Positions 39,951 through 54,690 of a stretch of 64,000 nucleotides of DNA are shown one piece after another. Numbering within the stretch: position 1 is the first letter of the stretch; the number at the start of each line of letters is the position of its first letter. A program made the position numbers and the translations under genes. The notes beneath the pieces are model-generated. The model was not told the DNA's origin. It saw only the letters and a program-made list of their open reading frames with translations, and did not search any database. Source of the stretch: Eledone cirrhosa (lineage: Eukaryota); the NCBI GenBank assembly GCA_964016885.1, contig OZ024754.1:41540001-41604000 (forward strand), in the 5' to 3' direction.

Positions 39951-39982
<32 letters not shown>

Positions 39983-39983
<1 letters not shown>

Positions 39984-40179
39984 ACGAAGAAAGAGTGGTA
40001 AGTAACCAGGTGGACCATAACGCACCAGAGTACTCGATACTTTGGGTAGTAGAGTGGGTAATAGGAAAAAGTTCAGGACCCAGACGCAGAGCTCAAGCCG
40101 TTTACACGGCTATTTCTGGACTGTCCAGAAATAGACGTCGAAACAGCTTGAGCTCTGCCGTCGGGGTCCTAAACTTTTT

Positions 40180-40184
<5 letters not shown>
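39983..40184. mobile_element. (TA)n-embedded hairpin element copy
   Basis: Homologous to 22953; imperfect palindrome at 40061-40184. A diverged copy lies at 40700-40840. Confidence 0.8.
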
Positions 40185-40239
<55 letters not shown>

Positions 40240-40424
40240 AAAATATGGAGAAAAAGACGATTATTAGGAAGAAAATTTTTTTTTTTCCTTTTTATTTTTT
40301 TCTCTTTTTTCTGGGTTAGAAAATGTTTAAAACAAAATATTTTTGTGTGGAGTGTTAAGGTATTAGTTAATTTATTTATTAATTAACAATGGCATTTATT
40401 TCTTTGTTTATATATTTAATAATT

Positions 40425-40466
40425 GTCTATTACCGGTTTCAGCATTTTTATGCATTATCAAATGAT
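40425..40466 (-). ncRNA. Decayed HHR-like motif
   Basis: Minus strand: TTGATAA-tgca(taaaaa)tgct-GAAA-CCGG-TA; palindromic ACCGGT; two core substitutions. Confidence 0.4.
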
Positions 40467-40612
40467 AATTGCTTCTACTTTTGGCACAAGGCCAGCAATT
40501 ACCCAGTACATTACTGGTACTTTATTTTATCGACCCCGTAAGGATGAAAGGCAAAGTTAACCTCGGTGGGATTTGAACTCAGGTCATAAAGGGACGTAAC
40601 TATGCTGCAAAG
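40466..40612 (-). mobile_element. SINE family A
   Basis: Tail, body and B box in reverse complement. Confidence 0.85.
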
Positions 40613-40844
40613 CAAATGATAATAATATATATATTTATACAGCTAAGCCCTATATATAAATATATATATATAATTCAGGATGGATTCAGTTTGAAACTGC
40701 TTGGACCATAACTTAACAGAGTACTCGACATGTGGGGTAGTAGAGTATGGTTATATTATAAACAGTCAGAGCCCAACAGCTGAGCTCTTGCTGTTTCAAC
40801 AGCAAGTTGAAGAGCTTAGCTGTTGTGTCCTGACTCTATGTAAC

Positions 40845-40910
<66 letters not shown>

Positions 40911-40946
40911 ATGTGTGTATGTATATTTATATGCGTGTGTGTGAGT

Positions 40947-41037
<91 letters not shown>

Positions 41038-41500
41038 TATACACCCATTCGAGCATGGAAGATGGACGTTAAACGAAGATGATGATGATGATGATGTTAG
41101 TGTATATATATATATATATGTAAGTGTTAGTGTATATATATATATATGTAAGTGTTAGTGTATATATATATATGTAAGTGTTAGTGTATATATATATATA
41201 TGTAAGTGTTAGTGTATATATATATATATATATGTAAGTGTTAGTGTATATATATATATATGTAAGTGTTAGTTTATATATATATGTAAGTGTTTGTATA
41301 TATATATGTAAGTGTTTGTGTATATACATATGTATAAGAGTGTGTATAGCAAATATGAAATAATGAATCCATTTATAATTATGCGAGTTATGTTAATTAC
41401 TGTAAATCCTATAAAGAATCTTATTTTTCTCACAACATTCATATCTAATTGCTGAGAGGCATCTATCAGACACATATGGACATATATTATGTGGGCATGT

Positions 41501-41558
<58 letters not shown>

Positions 41559-41611
41559 TGTTATACTTGGAGAGGGTCATATTTGTGTAATATTGCCAGA
41601 ATTAATATATT

Positions 41612-41642
<31 letters not shown>

Positions 41643-41785
41643 GTATATACATACATATATATATATGTATATATATATATATGTATGTATATATATATAT
41701 ATATATACACATATATATATGTATATATATATATATATATACACATATATATATGTATATATATATATATATATATACACATATA

Positions 41786-41825
<40 letters not shown>

Positions 41826-41828
<3 letters not shown>

Positions 41829-42245
41829 ATGAAATTATTGTGTACAGTGCTCAGGTGCACTACAACTCATCAAAGGTGCATGTATAGTACATAGAATAAT
41901 GTAGAAATGTCAGGAAAATGAACAGTGTATGAGTCATGATATAATAATAATAACAATAATGAAATATTGTGTACAGTGCCCAGGTGCACCACAACTCATC
42001 AAAAAAGTGCATGTACAGTACATAGGACAATGCACAAACATCAGTAAAATGAACAGTGCACGAGTCATGATACACACATGTGTATGGAAGGGGTACATCA
42101 GGTGTAGTTTTGGCGTATTTCGGGAAGCATGAGTGTCTTAAAGGATGCTGTGTCTCGGCAGCTAACAATTGACGCAGGCAGTTTGTTCCATGCTTCAGCA
42201 ACTCTGAGCGTGAAAAAATGTCTCTGAAAGTCATGGGAGCTGTGC
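41826..42245 (-). mobile_element. CR1-like LINE 3' end with tandemly duplicated 3' UTR
   Basis: HDFQRHFFTLRVAEAWNKLPASIVSCRDTASFK matches the RHFFS.RV...WN.LP...SFK ORF2 C-terminal motif; two UTR/(ATT)n tail copies. Confidence 0.85.
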
Positions 42246-42544
42246 TGTTTGTGTGTGTGTGTAATATATATGTATATATATATATATACATATATATACA
42301 CATATATATATGTATATATATATATATCAACATCGTCCTTTCATCATTTTACATCCGCTTTTCCTATATATATACACATATATACACATATATATATATA
42401 TATATATGTATGTAAAAGGTAAACAGAAATAACAACACAATTGGTACAGTATATGGAAGGGATATATTAAGTTAACGCTTGAAAAAGCAGGAAGAGGGTC
42501 TTAACGTTTTCGACGCTAGTCTTATATATATATATATATATTCA

Positions 42545-42838
42545 TCATTATCATTTATCATCCATCTTATCATCATCATCATCATCATCATCATCTTCGT
42601 TTAACGTCCATTTTCCACGCTAGCATGGGTTAGACGGGAGTTGTCCCAATTTGAGTCAAGGTTGGTCGGGTGACCGTGTCTCGCTCATATAGGACTATCT
42701 GGCAGGTTTTCTACGGCTGGATGCCCTTCCTAACACCAACCACATTTACAGTGTGGAACTGGGAACTTTTTACCGTGTTACCTACACGACCACTTTACAG
42801 CGTGGACTGTGTTTTTTTTGTCGTGACACCTACACGAT
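42545..42838 (-). mobile_element. SINE family B 3' part
   Basis: (cat)n tail and conserved core. Confidence 0.85.
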
Positions 42839-42856
42839 CTCGATCTCATTATCTCC

Positions 42857-42912
42857 GAGAAATGGAAAAAGATGAGTGTTGCTACGGCAACACTCATCTT
42901 TTTCCATTTCTC
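42857..42912. other. Perfect 26-bp hairpin with c(TACG)g loop
   Basis: gagaaatggaaaaagatgagtgttgc-TACG-gcaacactcatctttttccatttctc. Confidence 0.9.
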
Positions 42913-43319
42913 CGAGGGTTATAAACCCCACTATCAGGCTAGAAATTTCTTTAGTCTAAAATATGGTGAAAGCTTATAATTTCTAATTTCTAATATTAAT
43001 ATATATATATATAAATAAATACATACATATATATATCCCAATAAACAATATATTCTACAAGTCATAATACATGGCCCTTCTTTCTCAGAGTATATAAATA
43101 TAAATATTAATACTACTGAAGCAACAAACAATGAATCTCCATCAATTAGTTGCAGTAAAAGACTTCAAATGGAAACCATAGAATTTCTCATTTCTTATTC
43201 CTAATAGTTTCCTTCTCTTTCTACAAATATATGGCACTGCCAGAAAAGATAAGCTTTGTCTTTCATTTGCATTCTTTGCTTTGTTAGTTAACTTATTAAT
43301 TTATTATTTTATCTATTTA

Positions 43320-43510
43320 TGGCAGTGAATTGGCAGTATCAGCAGAGGGTCGGACGCCATGCTTTCCAGCATAGAGTTACGTCCCTTTACGGCCTGAGTT
43401 CAAATCCCGTCGAGGTTAACTTTGCCTTTCATCCTTACGGGGGTCGATAAAATAAAGTACCAGTAATACACTGGGTAGTTGCTGGCCTTGTGCCAAAAGT
43501 AGAAACAATT
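43320..43510 (+). mobile_element. SINE family A, full length
   Basis: A box, B box, body and tail present. Confidence 0.9.
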
Positions 43511-43807
43511 ATTTTATTTATTTATTCTTTTACTGGTTTCAGTCATCCAACTGTGACCATACTGGGGCACTACCTCTATGAAGAGATTTAGTTGATTATA
43601 TCAAAAAAGTTCTAAAGTCTTTCTCAAAGCCAAAAGCCTCTGCTTATCCTGGTTTCTTTGGTGTGAAGTGATTGAGAAGAGAAGACTCTCCCTCCTGGAT
43701 GGGACACCAGTCTATTGCAGGTTAAATTATGTCTCATGTCTGGAGGCTCTTCAGACTGATGCCTGTCTTGATTTCCGTGGCGTTAAGTGACCGAGAATAA
43801 AAGACTA

Positions 43808-43854
<47 letters not shown>

Positions 43855-43885
43855 TATCTGTATGTGTGTGTGCGTTTGTGTGTAT

Positions 43886-44133
43886 AATCGAAAGGTTGTG
43901 AGTTCAATTCTCAGACCGGGTGATGTGTTGTTTCCTTGAGCAACACACTTTATTTCACATTGCTCCAGTTTACTCAGCTGTAGAAATGAGATGATAGGGA
44001 CTGGGGTCCCTATTATTCCACTGCAAAGTGGTCGTGGAGGGGCCACAGCAAAAAAGCACCCAGCACTCACTGTAAATGAGGTTGGTGTTAGGAAGGGCAT
44101 CCAGCTGTAGAAATCAAGCCAGAATCAGTTCCC
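43886..44133 (+). mobile_element. SINE family B
   Basis: B box gagttcaattc, tccttgagcaacacacttta domain, hairpin and core. Confidence 0.85.
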
Positions 44134-44139
44134 ATCCCA

Positions 44140-45110
44140 GGGTAGTGGTGGTGGTGATAGTGGTGGTGGTGGTGATAGTGGTGGTAGTGGTGGTGGTGGT
44201 GGTGGTGGTGGTGATAGTGGTGGTGGTGGTGGTAGTGGTGGTAGTGGTGGTGGTGGTGGTGGTGGTGGTGATAGTGGTGGTGGTGGTGGTAGTGGTGGTG
44301 GTGGTGATAGTGGTGGTAGTGGTGGTGGTGGTGGTGGTGGTGGTGATAGTGGTGGTGGTGGTGATAGTGGTGGTAGTGGTGGTGGTGGTGGTGGTGGTGG
44401 TGATAGTGGTGGTGGTGGTGATAGTGGTGGTAGTGGTGGTGGTGGTGGTGGTGGTGGTGATAGTGGTGGTGGTGGTGATAGTGGTGGTAGTGGTGGTGGT
44501 GGTGGTGGTGGTGGTGATAGTGGTGGTGGTGGTGATAGTGGTGGTAGTGGTGGTGGTGGTGGTGGTGGTGGTGATAGTGGTGGTGGTGGTGGTAGTGGTG
44601 GTGGTGGTGATAGTGGTGGTAGTGGTGGTGGTGGTGGTGGTGGTGGTGGTAGTGGGTGGTGGTGGTGATAGTGGTGGGTAGTGGTGGTAGTGGTGGTTGG
44701 TGGTGGGTGGTGGTGATAGTGGTGGTAGTGGTGGTGGTGGGTGGTGGATAGTGGGTGGTAGTGGTGGTGGTGGTGGTGGTGGTGATTGTGGTGGTAGTGG
44801 TGGTGGTGGTTGGTGGTAGTGGTGGTGGGTGGTGGTGATAGTGGTGGTAGTGGTGGTGTGGGTGGTGGTGGTGGTGTGGTGGTGAGTGGTGGTGTGGTGG
44901 TTGGTGGTGTGTTGTGAGTGGTGGTAGTGGTGGTAGTGGTGGTGTGAGTGGTGGTTGAGTGGTGGTGGTGGTGGTTGTGGTGGTAGTGGTGGTGGTGGTG
45001 GTGTAGTGGTGGTGGTGTGGTGGTGTGAGTGGTGATATGTGGTAGTGGATAGTGGTAGTAGTGATAGTGGCTAGTGCGTAGTGGTAGTAGTAGTAGTGGT
45101 AGTAGTAGTG
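44140..45110. repeat. (GGT)n/(GAT/AGT) trinucleotide tract
   Basis: Directly visible; source of the poly-Val ORF. Confidence 0.95.
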
Positions 45111-45244
45111 CTGTTGTGTAGTAGTGACATGTTGTGTTTCACTTCTCTGCAGTAGACAACCTCAAAAAAAGCCAAGTCAGCATTTTTCCGTTTTTCTAAC
45201 AATGAGATACTCTTCATAGACACACAATCACATACATACACACA

Positions 45245-45290
<46 letters not shown>

Positions 45291-45393
45291 ACACACACAT
45301 ACCATCCCCCCCACACACATAGACACACATACACACCCACATACACTTACATACACATGCACATAGACACATACATACACACACATACATATA

Positions 45394-45435
<42 letters not shown>

Positions 45436-45468
45436 AATATATTTTCTGTGCTATTTCCATTTTCACTT

Positions 45469-45535
<67 letters not shown>

Positions 45536-45884
45536 ATATACATGTAAATAAATGTTTTTCTCAATAAGATTAATTTTTTGTATCTTTGAAAATCCTTCAG
45601 GTGTCTATTTATAAAAGGTAAAAATATATAATTGTACATCTTAGTGTATATATAGTGTGTTATATTTTAGTATATATAGTGTGTTATATTTTAGTATATA
45701 TAGTGTGTTATATTTTAGTATAAGCCTTGGGATTCTTGATGTCATATGTATGTATATGTAAGTATGTATATATGTGTGTGTACATTATATATATGTGTGT
45801 GTGTGTGTGCGTGTATATATATATGTATGTGTGTGTGTAAGTGTATATATACTTATGTACACACACATATACATATATATATAT

Positions 45885-46228
45885 ATTCTCAGACCGGGTG
45901 ATGTGTTGTTCCCTTGATCAAGACACTTTATTTCACATTGCTCCAGTTTACTCAGCTGTATAAATGAGATGATAGGGACTGGAGTCCCTATCATTCCACT
46001 GTAAAGTGGTTGTGTAGGTGCCATGGCAAAAAGCACCCAGCACTCATTGTAAATGAGGTTGGTGTTAGCAAGGGCATCCAGCTGTAGAAATCAAGCCAGA
46101 ATCAGTTCCCGTATGAGCAAGACATGGTCAGCCGACCGGGCACTGCTCACAACAGAATAACCCGTCTAACCCTTGCTAGCATGGAAGAACGGATGTAAAA
46201 CGGTGATGATGAAGATGATGATGATGAT
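45885..46228 (+). mobile_element. SINE family B, 5'-truncated, complete tail
   Basis: Runs through gctagcatggaagaacggatgtaaaacgg-(gat)n. Confidence 0.88.
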
Positions 46229-46789
46229 ATATACTTTTCTTTGTATATTGAGATTAAGAACATATTTTTTTTTTTTCTAAATTACATTACAGTATTTTCG
46301 ATAACCTGTAAAAATGTCCGAGTCTTCTTATATATCGAGAAAAACACACCATTTTGATTTTATTATTGAAGAGTTAATAATGAAGAAAATAGAAAATGTC
46401 ACTTATGATAACTTGATTTAAATGATATATAATATATTGTGTTTAACTATTTTGAAAACATCTCCAAAATCTTTATCGCCATCGTGTAAATTGTCGAAGA
46501 TATTCTGTTAAGAAACGAAAGCTACCATTCTTTATTAGAATTTGTGCTAGATTGAATCATCGAAGTTAATAAAGTCTCTACATGACTTTCAACAACTAAA
46601 TATTGATTATAAGAACCTTTTAAAACTCATCTTTTGTCTTTCGTTGTTCAACACTAAGCTTCTGTCAGTTGATTCTCAAAATATTTTCAGAAATCCAATA
46701 TGATGTATGTGACGACAGAGAATGAACTTATCACATTTTAGAGTTAACCAAAATAGAACACAAGTGTAGTTAGTGTAGGTGACTTGTTA

Positions 46790-47732
46790 TAGAACACATA
46801 CATGTTGTGTAGAACAAATTACAACACAAAGATGTACTGTAGAGCACGTTAGAACACATTAGAACACATAACAACACACAGGTGTAGTGTAGAACACATT
46901 AGAACACATTGTAGTCAAATTTAGCAGAACACAAATTCTGTGTAAACTAATATAGAACACATTTTTAGTGTAGAATAATGTAGAACACATTTGTAGTGTA
47001 GAATAATATAGAACACATTTGTAGTGTAGAATAATGTAGAACACATTTGTAGTGTAGAATAATGTAGAACACATTTGTAGTGTAGAATAATATAGAACAC
47101 ATTTGTAGTGTAGAATAATATAGAACATATTTGTAGTGTAGTATAATATAGAACACATTTGTAGTGTAGAATAATATAGAACACATTTGTAGTGTAGAAT
47201 AATATAGAACACATTTGTAGTGTAGTATAATATAGAACACATTTGTAGTGTAGTATAATGTAGAACACATTTGTAGTGTAGTATAATGTAGAACACATTT
47301 TTAGTGTAGAATAATGTAGAACACATTCGTAGTGTAGAATAATATAGAACACATTTGTAGTGTAGTATAATATAGAACACATTTTTAGTGTAGAATAATA
47401 TAGAACACATTTGTAGTGTAGAATAATATAGAACACATTTGTAGTGTAGAATAATGTAGAACACATTTTTAGTGTAGAATAATATAGAACACATTTGTAG
47501 TGTAGTATAATGTAGAACACATTTGTAGTGTAGAATAATGTAGAACACATTTTTAGTGTAGAATAATGTAGAACACATTTATAGTGTAGAATAATGTAGA
47601 ACACATTTCTAGTGTAGAATAATATAGAACACATTTGTAGTGTAGAATAATGTAGAACACATTTGTAGTGTAGTATAATATAGAACACATTTGTAGTGTA
47701 GTATAATGTAGAACACATTTTTAGTGTAGAAC
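46790..47732. repeat. 28-bp minisatellite
   Basis: tagaacacatttgtagtgtagaataata. Confidence 0.95.
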
Positions 47733-48857
47733 TGAATATAATAGCGTTAAACGAAGTAACAAGAAAAAATGTGATTAATAATTCAGAAATATTGAATAAC
47801 TTTAGGTAGAACTCATCTAAAAATGTTGATAGCTTAGAGACATATCTCAGTAGAAACATCAGTTCTCATCTGAATATTGATGTTAAACAATGCCAAACCT
47901 GATTAGTATTTCAATGAGTAAATATAGGGGAAAGCAGGTGTTGTAAACAGCTTCTTTGGTGACAGAACCCAGCATGGGTTGACAGAAACCATTGGCTGGA
48001 CTCAGTAAAATATTAATTAATCAATCTTTATTTGATTGCATACAAGTCTTTACAGTTTCCATTCTCATCTGCCTGCCATGATATGTCTTTATATATAACT
48101 AAAGCTTGTCTTTATAAATTAACACTCCATTAAAAAAAATATATATCTTTATGTAGACATGTACATTTATATCATGATTTAAATTACTTTCTGATTAATC
48201 TATATCAGGGGCGTGCAAGGGGCGGCCCACGGACCACAATCTGACCCACAGTGAAAGTGGCCCGTGATGACCATTTTAAATTTTTACCTTGTAGTCTTAT
48301 TTAGATTTTTTTTCATAACCGTAATACTTCTGTTACTTGACCAATACCAAATACCAAGTCTCACATTAATAAAACTAAATTTATATTTTATTTGTTTTTA
48401 TTGTTTAAAAATGTATTCACAATGTATTTATAACTCAATTCACCAAAATAATATTTCATTTCTCTGTCACCTCTTCAGTTACATCTTCTCTGTTAATAGC
48501 TAGTGACTACCCCTATCTTCCCATCATCTTCTATGTTAATTGACACACTTCTTGTCATCCGTACTGTGTTTCTATCTCAAAATACTGATTACTTGAAAGA
48601 CTTCTGTGAAATAAAATCATAAAATATCAGAATTTCATATTAGGAAGTTTACACTAAGTGCTTCTGATAACCTTTAATATATTGTTGTGCTTCTCTAGTT
48701 TATTGTTTCATCACAATATTGTTTTATCTCCAACTGTTTAGTTTTTTAATATATAATTCATATATCTTGATTCACTTGATATGTGACCTCTTTTAATCTT
48801 GTTTTTCCTCTAATTAAATAGCTTCTATATGTCTACCATTACAATTAACCCTCCACA

Positions 48858-49390
48858 TAACCACCACCGCCACCACCACCACCACCACCACCACCACCAC
48901 TACCATCGCCATCACCACCACAACCACTAGCGCCACCACCACCACCACCACCACAACTACTAGCGCCGCTACAACCACTAGCGCTTCCGCCACCACAACC
49001 ACAACCACCATCACCAACACCAACACCATCCACTGCCACCACTATCACCATCGCCACCGCCACCGCCATCGCTACCACCATCCACCGCCACCACTATCAC
49101 CACCACCACCGCCACCACCACCGCCACCACTATCACCACCACCACCACCACCATCCATCCACCGCCACTACTATTACCTCCACCACTACGACCGCCACCA
49201 CCACCACCACCACCACTATCACCACCACCACCACCACCACCACCATCCATCCACCGCCACCACCACCGCCACCACCACCACCACCACCACCACCGCCACC
49301 ACCACCACCACCACCACCACTATCACCACCACCACCACCACCACCACCGCCACCGCCACCACCACCACCACCACCACCACCACCCACCAT
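48858..49390. repeat. (CCA)n tract
   Basis: Directly visible. Confidence 0.95.
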
Positions 49391-49774
49391 TTTAGTCACC
49401 TTGTACAACACTTGTGGAACTTATATGAGTATTCAAACAAAATAATAATATATACAGATATACGTGGCACCAATACTACCACTGTACAGAGTGTACTGGG
49501 TGTATTTTATCATAGCATCAACACTAAATAAGACCACTTTGCAGTGGGGGACTGGGCACTTTTGCCTTGGCGAGGGGGCGCGAGGAAGCTTGGGGAAATT
49601 GCAGATGTAGGTAATATGGGAGGGATAGTTACCACAAAGGATGGGAGAAGATTGAGGAAGGTGCTGCCACAAGGTATAAACCTCGGCCCTAAAATAACAA
49701 AGGGCAGGTCTTCTGTGAAACTGCACAGCGCCAGAGGTCGCAGTCCTGTGTCATCGCCTTTGAGAGGTGTAATT

Positions 49775-49915
49775 GTGCAAGGTCAGCTCATCCCAAGTCT
49801 TCCTAGGTCTGCCCACACCATGGCTTCCATCAACTTTGAACACTCTGTACCTTATACAACCGTCATCCTTCATACACATCACATGTCCATACCAACACAA
49901 TCTCCTCTGCAGTAC
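49775..49915 (-). mobile_element. RTE LINE fragment
   Basis: Minus strand reads LQRRLCWYGHVMCMKDDGCI...VDGSHGVGRPRKTWDE. Confidence 0.75.
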
Positions 49916-49984
49916 ATTTATACTTTGCTATTCATGTATATTGCTATGGCAGATCCAGCGAAGCATGGAGGTTTCATTTCTTTA

Positions 49985-51335
49985 ATTATACTATATTATA
50001 CTATACTATACTATACTATACTATACTATACTATACTATACTATACTATACTATACTATACTATACTATACTATATTATATTATATTATATTATATTATA
50101 CTATATTATATTATATTATATTATATTATACTATACTATACTATACTATACTATATTATATTATATTATATTATATTATACTATACTATACTATACTATA
50201 CTATATTATATTATATTATATTATACTATATTATATTATACTATATTATATTATACTATATTATATTATACTATATTATATTATACTATATTATATTATA
50301 TTATACTATACTATACTATACTATACTATATTATATTATATTATATTATATTATACTATATTATATTATATTATATTATACTATACTATACTATACTATA
50401 CTATACTATATTATATTATATTATATTATACTATATTATATTATATTATACTATACTATACTATACTATATTATATTATATTATATTATACTATACTATA
50501 CTATACTATACTATATTATATTATATTATATTATATTATATTATACTATATTATATTATATTATACTATACTATACTATATTATACTATATTATATTATA
50601 TTATACTATACTATACTATACTATACTATATTATATTATATTATATTATACTATACTATATTATATTATATTATATTATATTATACTATATTATATTATA
50701 CTATACTATATTATATTATATTATATTATATTATACTATATTATATTATACTATATTATATTATACTATATTATATTATACTATATTATATTATATTATA
50801 CTATATTATATTATACTATATTATATTATACTATATTATATTATACTATATTATATTATACTATATTATATTATACTATATTATATTATACTATACTATA
50901 TTATATTATACTATATTATATTATACTATACTATATTATATTATACTATATTATATTATACTATACTATATTATATTATACTATATTATATTATACTATA
51001 CTATATTATATTATACTATACTATATTATATTATACTATATTATATTATACTATATTATAATTATACTATACTATATTATATTATACTATATTATATTAT
51101 ATTATACTATATTATATTATATTATTGGATTGGCAGTATCGGTAGAGGGTCGGACGCCATGCTTTGACGTATAGAGTTACGGCCCTTGCCATTCTGAGTT
51201 CAAATCCCGCCGAGGTTAACTTTGCCTTTCATCCTTACGGGGTCGATAAAATAAAGTACCAGTAATGCACTGCCTAAAGTAGAAACAATTATATTATATT
51301 ATACTATATTATATTATATTATACTATATTATATT
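49985..51335. repeat. (TATAC/TATAT)n pentanucleotide satellite containing a SINE A copy at 51126-51290 (+)
   Basis: 5-bp periodicity on both sides of the SINE. Confidence 0.95.
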
Positions 51336-51480
51336 AGTAGGTATTATATATTGTACAATAAGTTTCTCACATATCTACTCAGTAAAGAAATGGTAAAATT
51401 CAAAATGTCATGTGGTGTGTGATGTCTTTTGGTTTCTCAAGTGAACCAATTCTTTTCTCACTCTCCCTCCCTCTATCTCA

Positions 51481-51562
<82 letters not shown>

Positions 51563-51638
51563 GGTTAATTTCTTTAACTTGAAATATCTTTTTTGTATTT
51601 GTTACCATTGAGATATGTTAAATATAACAAAACAAAGG

Positions 51639-51674
<36 letters not shown>

Positions 51675-51855
51675 GAGAGGGGATATATATATATATGTAT
51701 GTATATGTATGTATATACAAAGAGAGAGGGGGGAGAAAGAGAGAGAGTGAGAGAGAGAGAGAGCGAGAGAGGGAGAATGAGGAGAGAGAGGGAGAGAGAG
51801 AGAGAATGAGAGAGAGGGAGAGAGAGAGAAAGAAAGAGAATGAGAAAGAGAGAAT

Positions 51856-51889
<34 letters not shown>

Positions 51890-54409
51890 AACAGTTGGTT
51901 TCTAGCAATGCACCATTCCCTTTTGTTTTGTCGTTATAGGTTCCAACTATTAAAACTGCCATTATTGTTGCCAACAATAATGTTGGAACACATCACAAAA
52001 TATGAATAAATGACTCATTTATATTTTAGAATGTCAAAGGATATTTAAATTTAATGGCAAAGTTTAAAATAAAAAAAATACATTTGAAGTATTGCATTTC
52101 CTTCAATACTCGTTAGAATTTTGATTGATAGTTAGTGCTGAATGCTGTGTCATTTAGTGATAATGCAGGCCTTATAAAGATTCTATTTGATACAGACAGA
52201 GATATTGGTTTGAGTAAAAGATAATAGTAATAATTATTGTAAACTTAAAGCTGCCAATGACTTGCAAAATTCTGCGTATGTCAACATTCTGTCTCTTGTT
52301 GTAAGGGAAAAAAAAAGTCTTATGGTTAAAAAAATAAAATAAAATGATTTTAATTCTTAGATAACATTTTTAGATTTAACCAATTGTTTGGTTAAATAAA
52401 CTTTAATCATTTCAACAATAATTTTATTTACAAATTAAACTCATATTTATTAATTTACATATAGCTGTTAGGTAAATAGCAAATTATGCAAACAAACGCA
52501 AACATTTTTATATTTGAACTGTAGAAGAAAAAAATGTTAAGAAATGCTTAAAATTAGGTTTAAAACTTATTTTTCAGACGTAATGCAAATATTACCTTTT
52601 AGAAAGGCTTTCAAATCAAGTTAACAGTGATATTTTTTATTGATTTCTTCACATTTCAGACTACTATTGTTGGTATATATAATATTTTTATATATCTAGT
52701 CATTATCTAAAGATACAGTTTGACAATTTATTGAAATTGTGGCTTGGAATATATTTATTAATTCATTTCCCCTACCCCCTAAATTTATTTTACACATGGG
52801 AAATTATACCATAAAACTTGTATCTCTAAAATATATATTCATATATAATTATAATTTTTGTGAGTATTAATCTCACCTTTACATATGTAACAATTTTATT
52901 TTTAATATTTACATCTATGCTAGATTTATTTCTATATTTGTACATAATATCAGACTTTATCTGAACTAACAGAAATAGTAAAGCTAGTATATTGTACATT
53001 ATATCACTGATGCACTAGGTTTTCATTATTTGATGCTTCGTGTAAGGGAGTTTTTGAAGGAAGGGCAGCTCACTGTAGAAAGCTTGCCAAAAACAGTAAA
53101 TGGACCCTTCAGCTGTGTCATAGATATGACAATCTCCCTAATATCAGTGATTTTCAGTTGATTTAATCAACACAACAACCTGTTCATGAAATTAACTTGT
53201 AAGTGGCTGAGCATTCCACAGACACCTGCACCCGTAATAAAGTTCTCAAGGAGTTCCAATGTGCCACCCAGTTGAACTCACAACCTTACAATTGTAAGTC
53301 AAACACCCTAACCACTAAGCTATGTGACTTCACTCAGAAAAACAACAAATTTAAAGGATTTTTTTTTTCTTTTAGATTAAAAACAAATTAGATTTACATA
53401 TTTCATAATTAAAAATAAATTTACTTCCTGCTACTTTTGAATAAATTCCAAATATATGTAGAAAGTGTTTTCTTTTTATCCAAAGATTTTAGAAATGCTT
53501 AAAACTATTTCACAATAATTAATCTGTCTAAATAAAGAAATCATTATAATTAATCGGTATAAAACAAATAAAGAAATCTAGAGAACATTGAACTGAATGA
53601 AGCAATGTTTATAAACCAATGTTCTAGAAATGTCTGTGAAATATTTGGTAAAGTTGTGACAATGTTTATACACCAATGTTCTAGAAATATCTGTGTATGT
53701 TTGGTAAAGTTGTGACAATGTTTATAGCCCAAAGTTCTTCTAGAAATCTTTGTGAAATGTTTAGTAAAGTTATTTTACCAGTTACTTCCAGCTTTACTAA
53801 CCATTCCTCTTTTAACTCTTTTGCTACCAAGCCACATGGAAATCCTCTGGATTTCTGATACAAAACTACATATTTTATAATGTTTATCCTATATTAAATC
53901 TTTTCACCATAATTTTATTTCAGAATATTTTCCTAAATATCAGCCTACTAATTCTGAATATCTATTTACTCATGAAAAACTTAGTTATTTCATTAAAATC
54001 CTCCAAATATTAGGTTATTTTCAAAATTAATTAAAACACATAAGCAGCATATTTAATTAGAATTACAGTAATGAAAGGGCTAATGAAGAATGTTATTAAA
54101 CATTATATTCAATGTAATTAATGTAGGAGGAATATTCATTTGCAGCAGAAACATTTCTTAATCCACAGATAATCTTTTACATAATATATCAAAAGAACAA
54201 ATTATATTTGAAAGACATTTAAGATAGAAAACTGTTGAAATTACACATAATTCACAGGCATGGCTGTGAGGTTAAGAACATTCCTTTGCAGCTATGTGGT
54301 TCCAGGTTTAATCTCACTGTGTCTTTTATCATGTGTGTGTGTCAGCTCACACCTATGTAGGTTTAGCTGGCCTCCTCTAAGGTATATCTCGTTGGAGGTG
54401 TCTTGGGTG

Positions 54410-54458
<49 letters not shown>

Positions 54459-54519
54459 ACAGCTCACACCTATGTGTTTAGCTCCAAGGTATATCTTGTT
54501 GGAAGAGTCTTGGGTGATT

Positions 54520-54690
54520 TAATGATAGGGACTCCAGTCCTATCATCTCATTTCTACAGCTGAGTAAACTGGAGCAACGTGAAATAAAGTGTCTTGCTCA
54601 AGGAAACAACACATCGCCCGGTCCGAGAATTGAACTCACAACCTTTCGATTGCAAGCCCAATGCTCTAACCACTAAGCCATGTGCCTTCA
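54520..54690 (-). mobile_element. SINE family B 5' half with intact tRNA-like head
   Basis: Minus strand: gcacatggcttagtggttagagc (A box)...gagttcaattctcgg (B box). Confidence 0.88.

Noticed and set aside
49544-51061. 505-aa ORF (ILYYT repeats)
   Set aside because: Pentanucleotide satellite fused to an antisense RTE fragment.
54620-54690. tRNA gene
   Set aside because: A and B boxes continue into a multi-copy SINE body; no complete cloverleaf.
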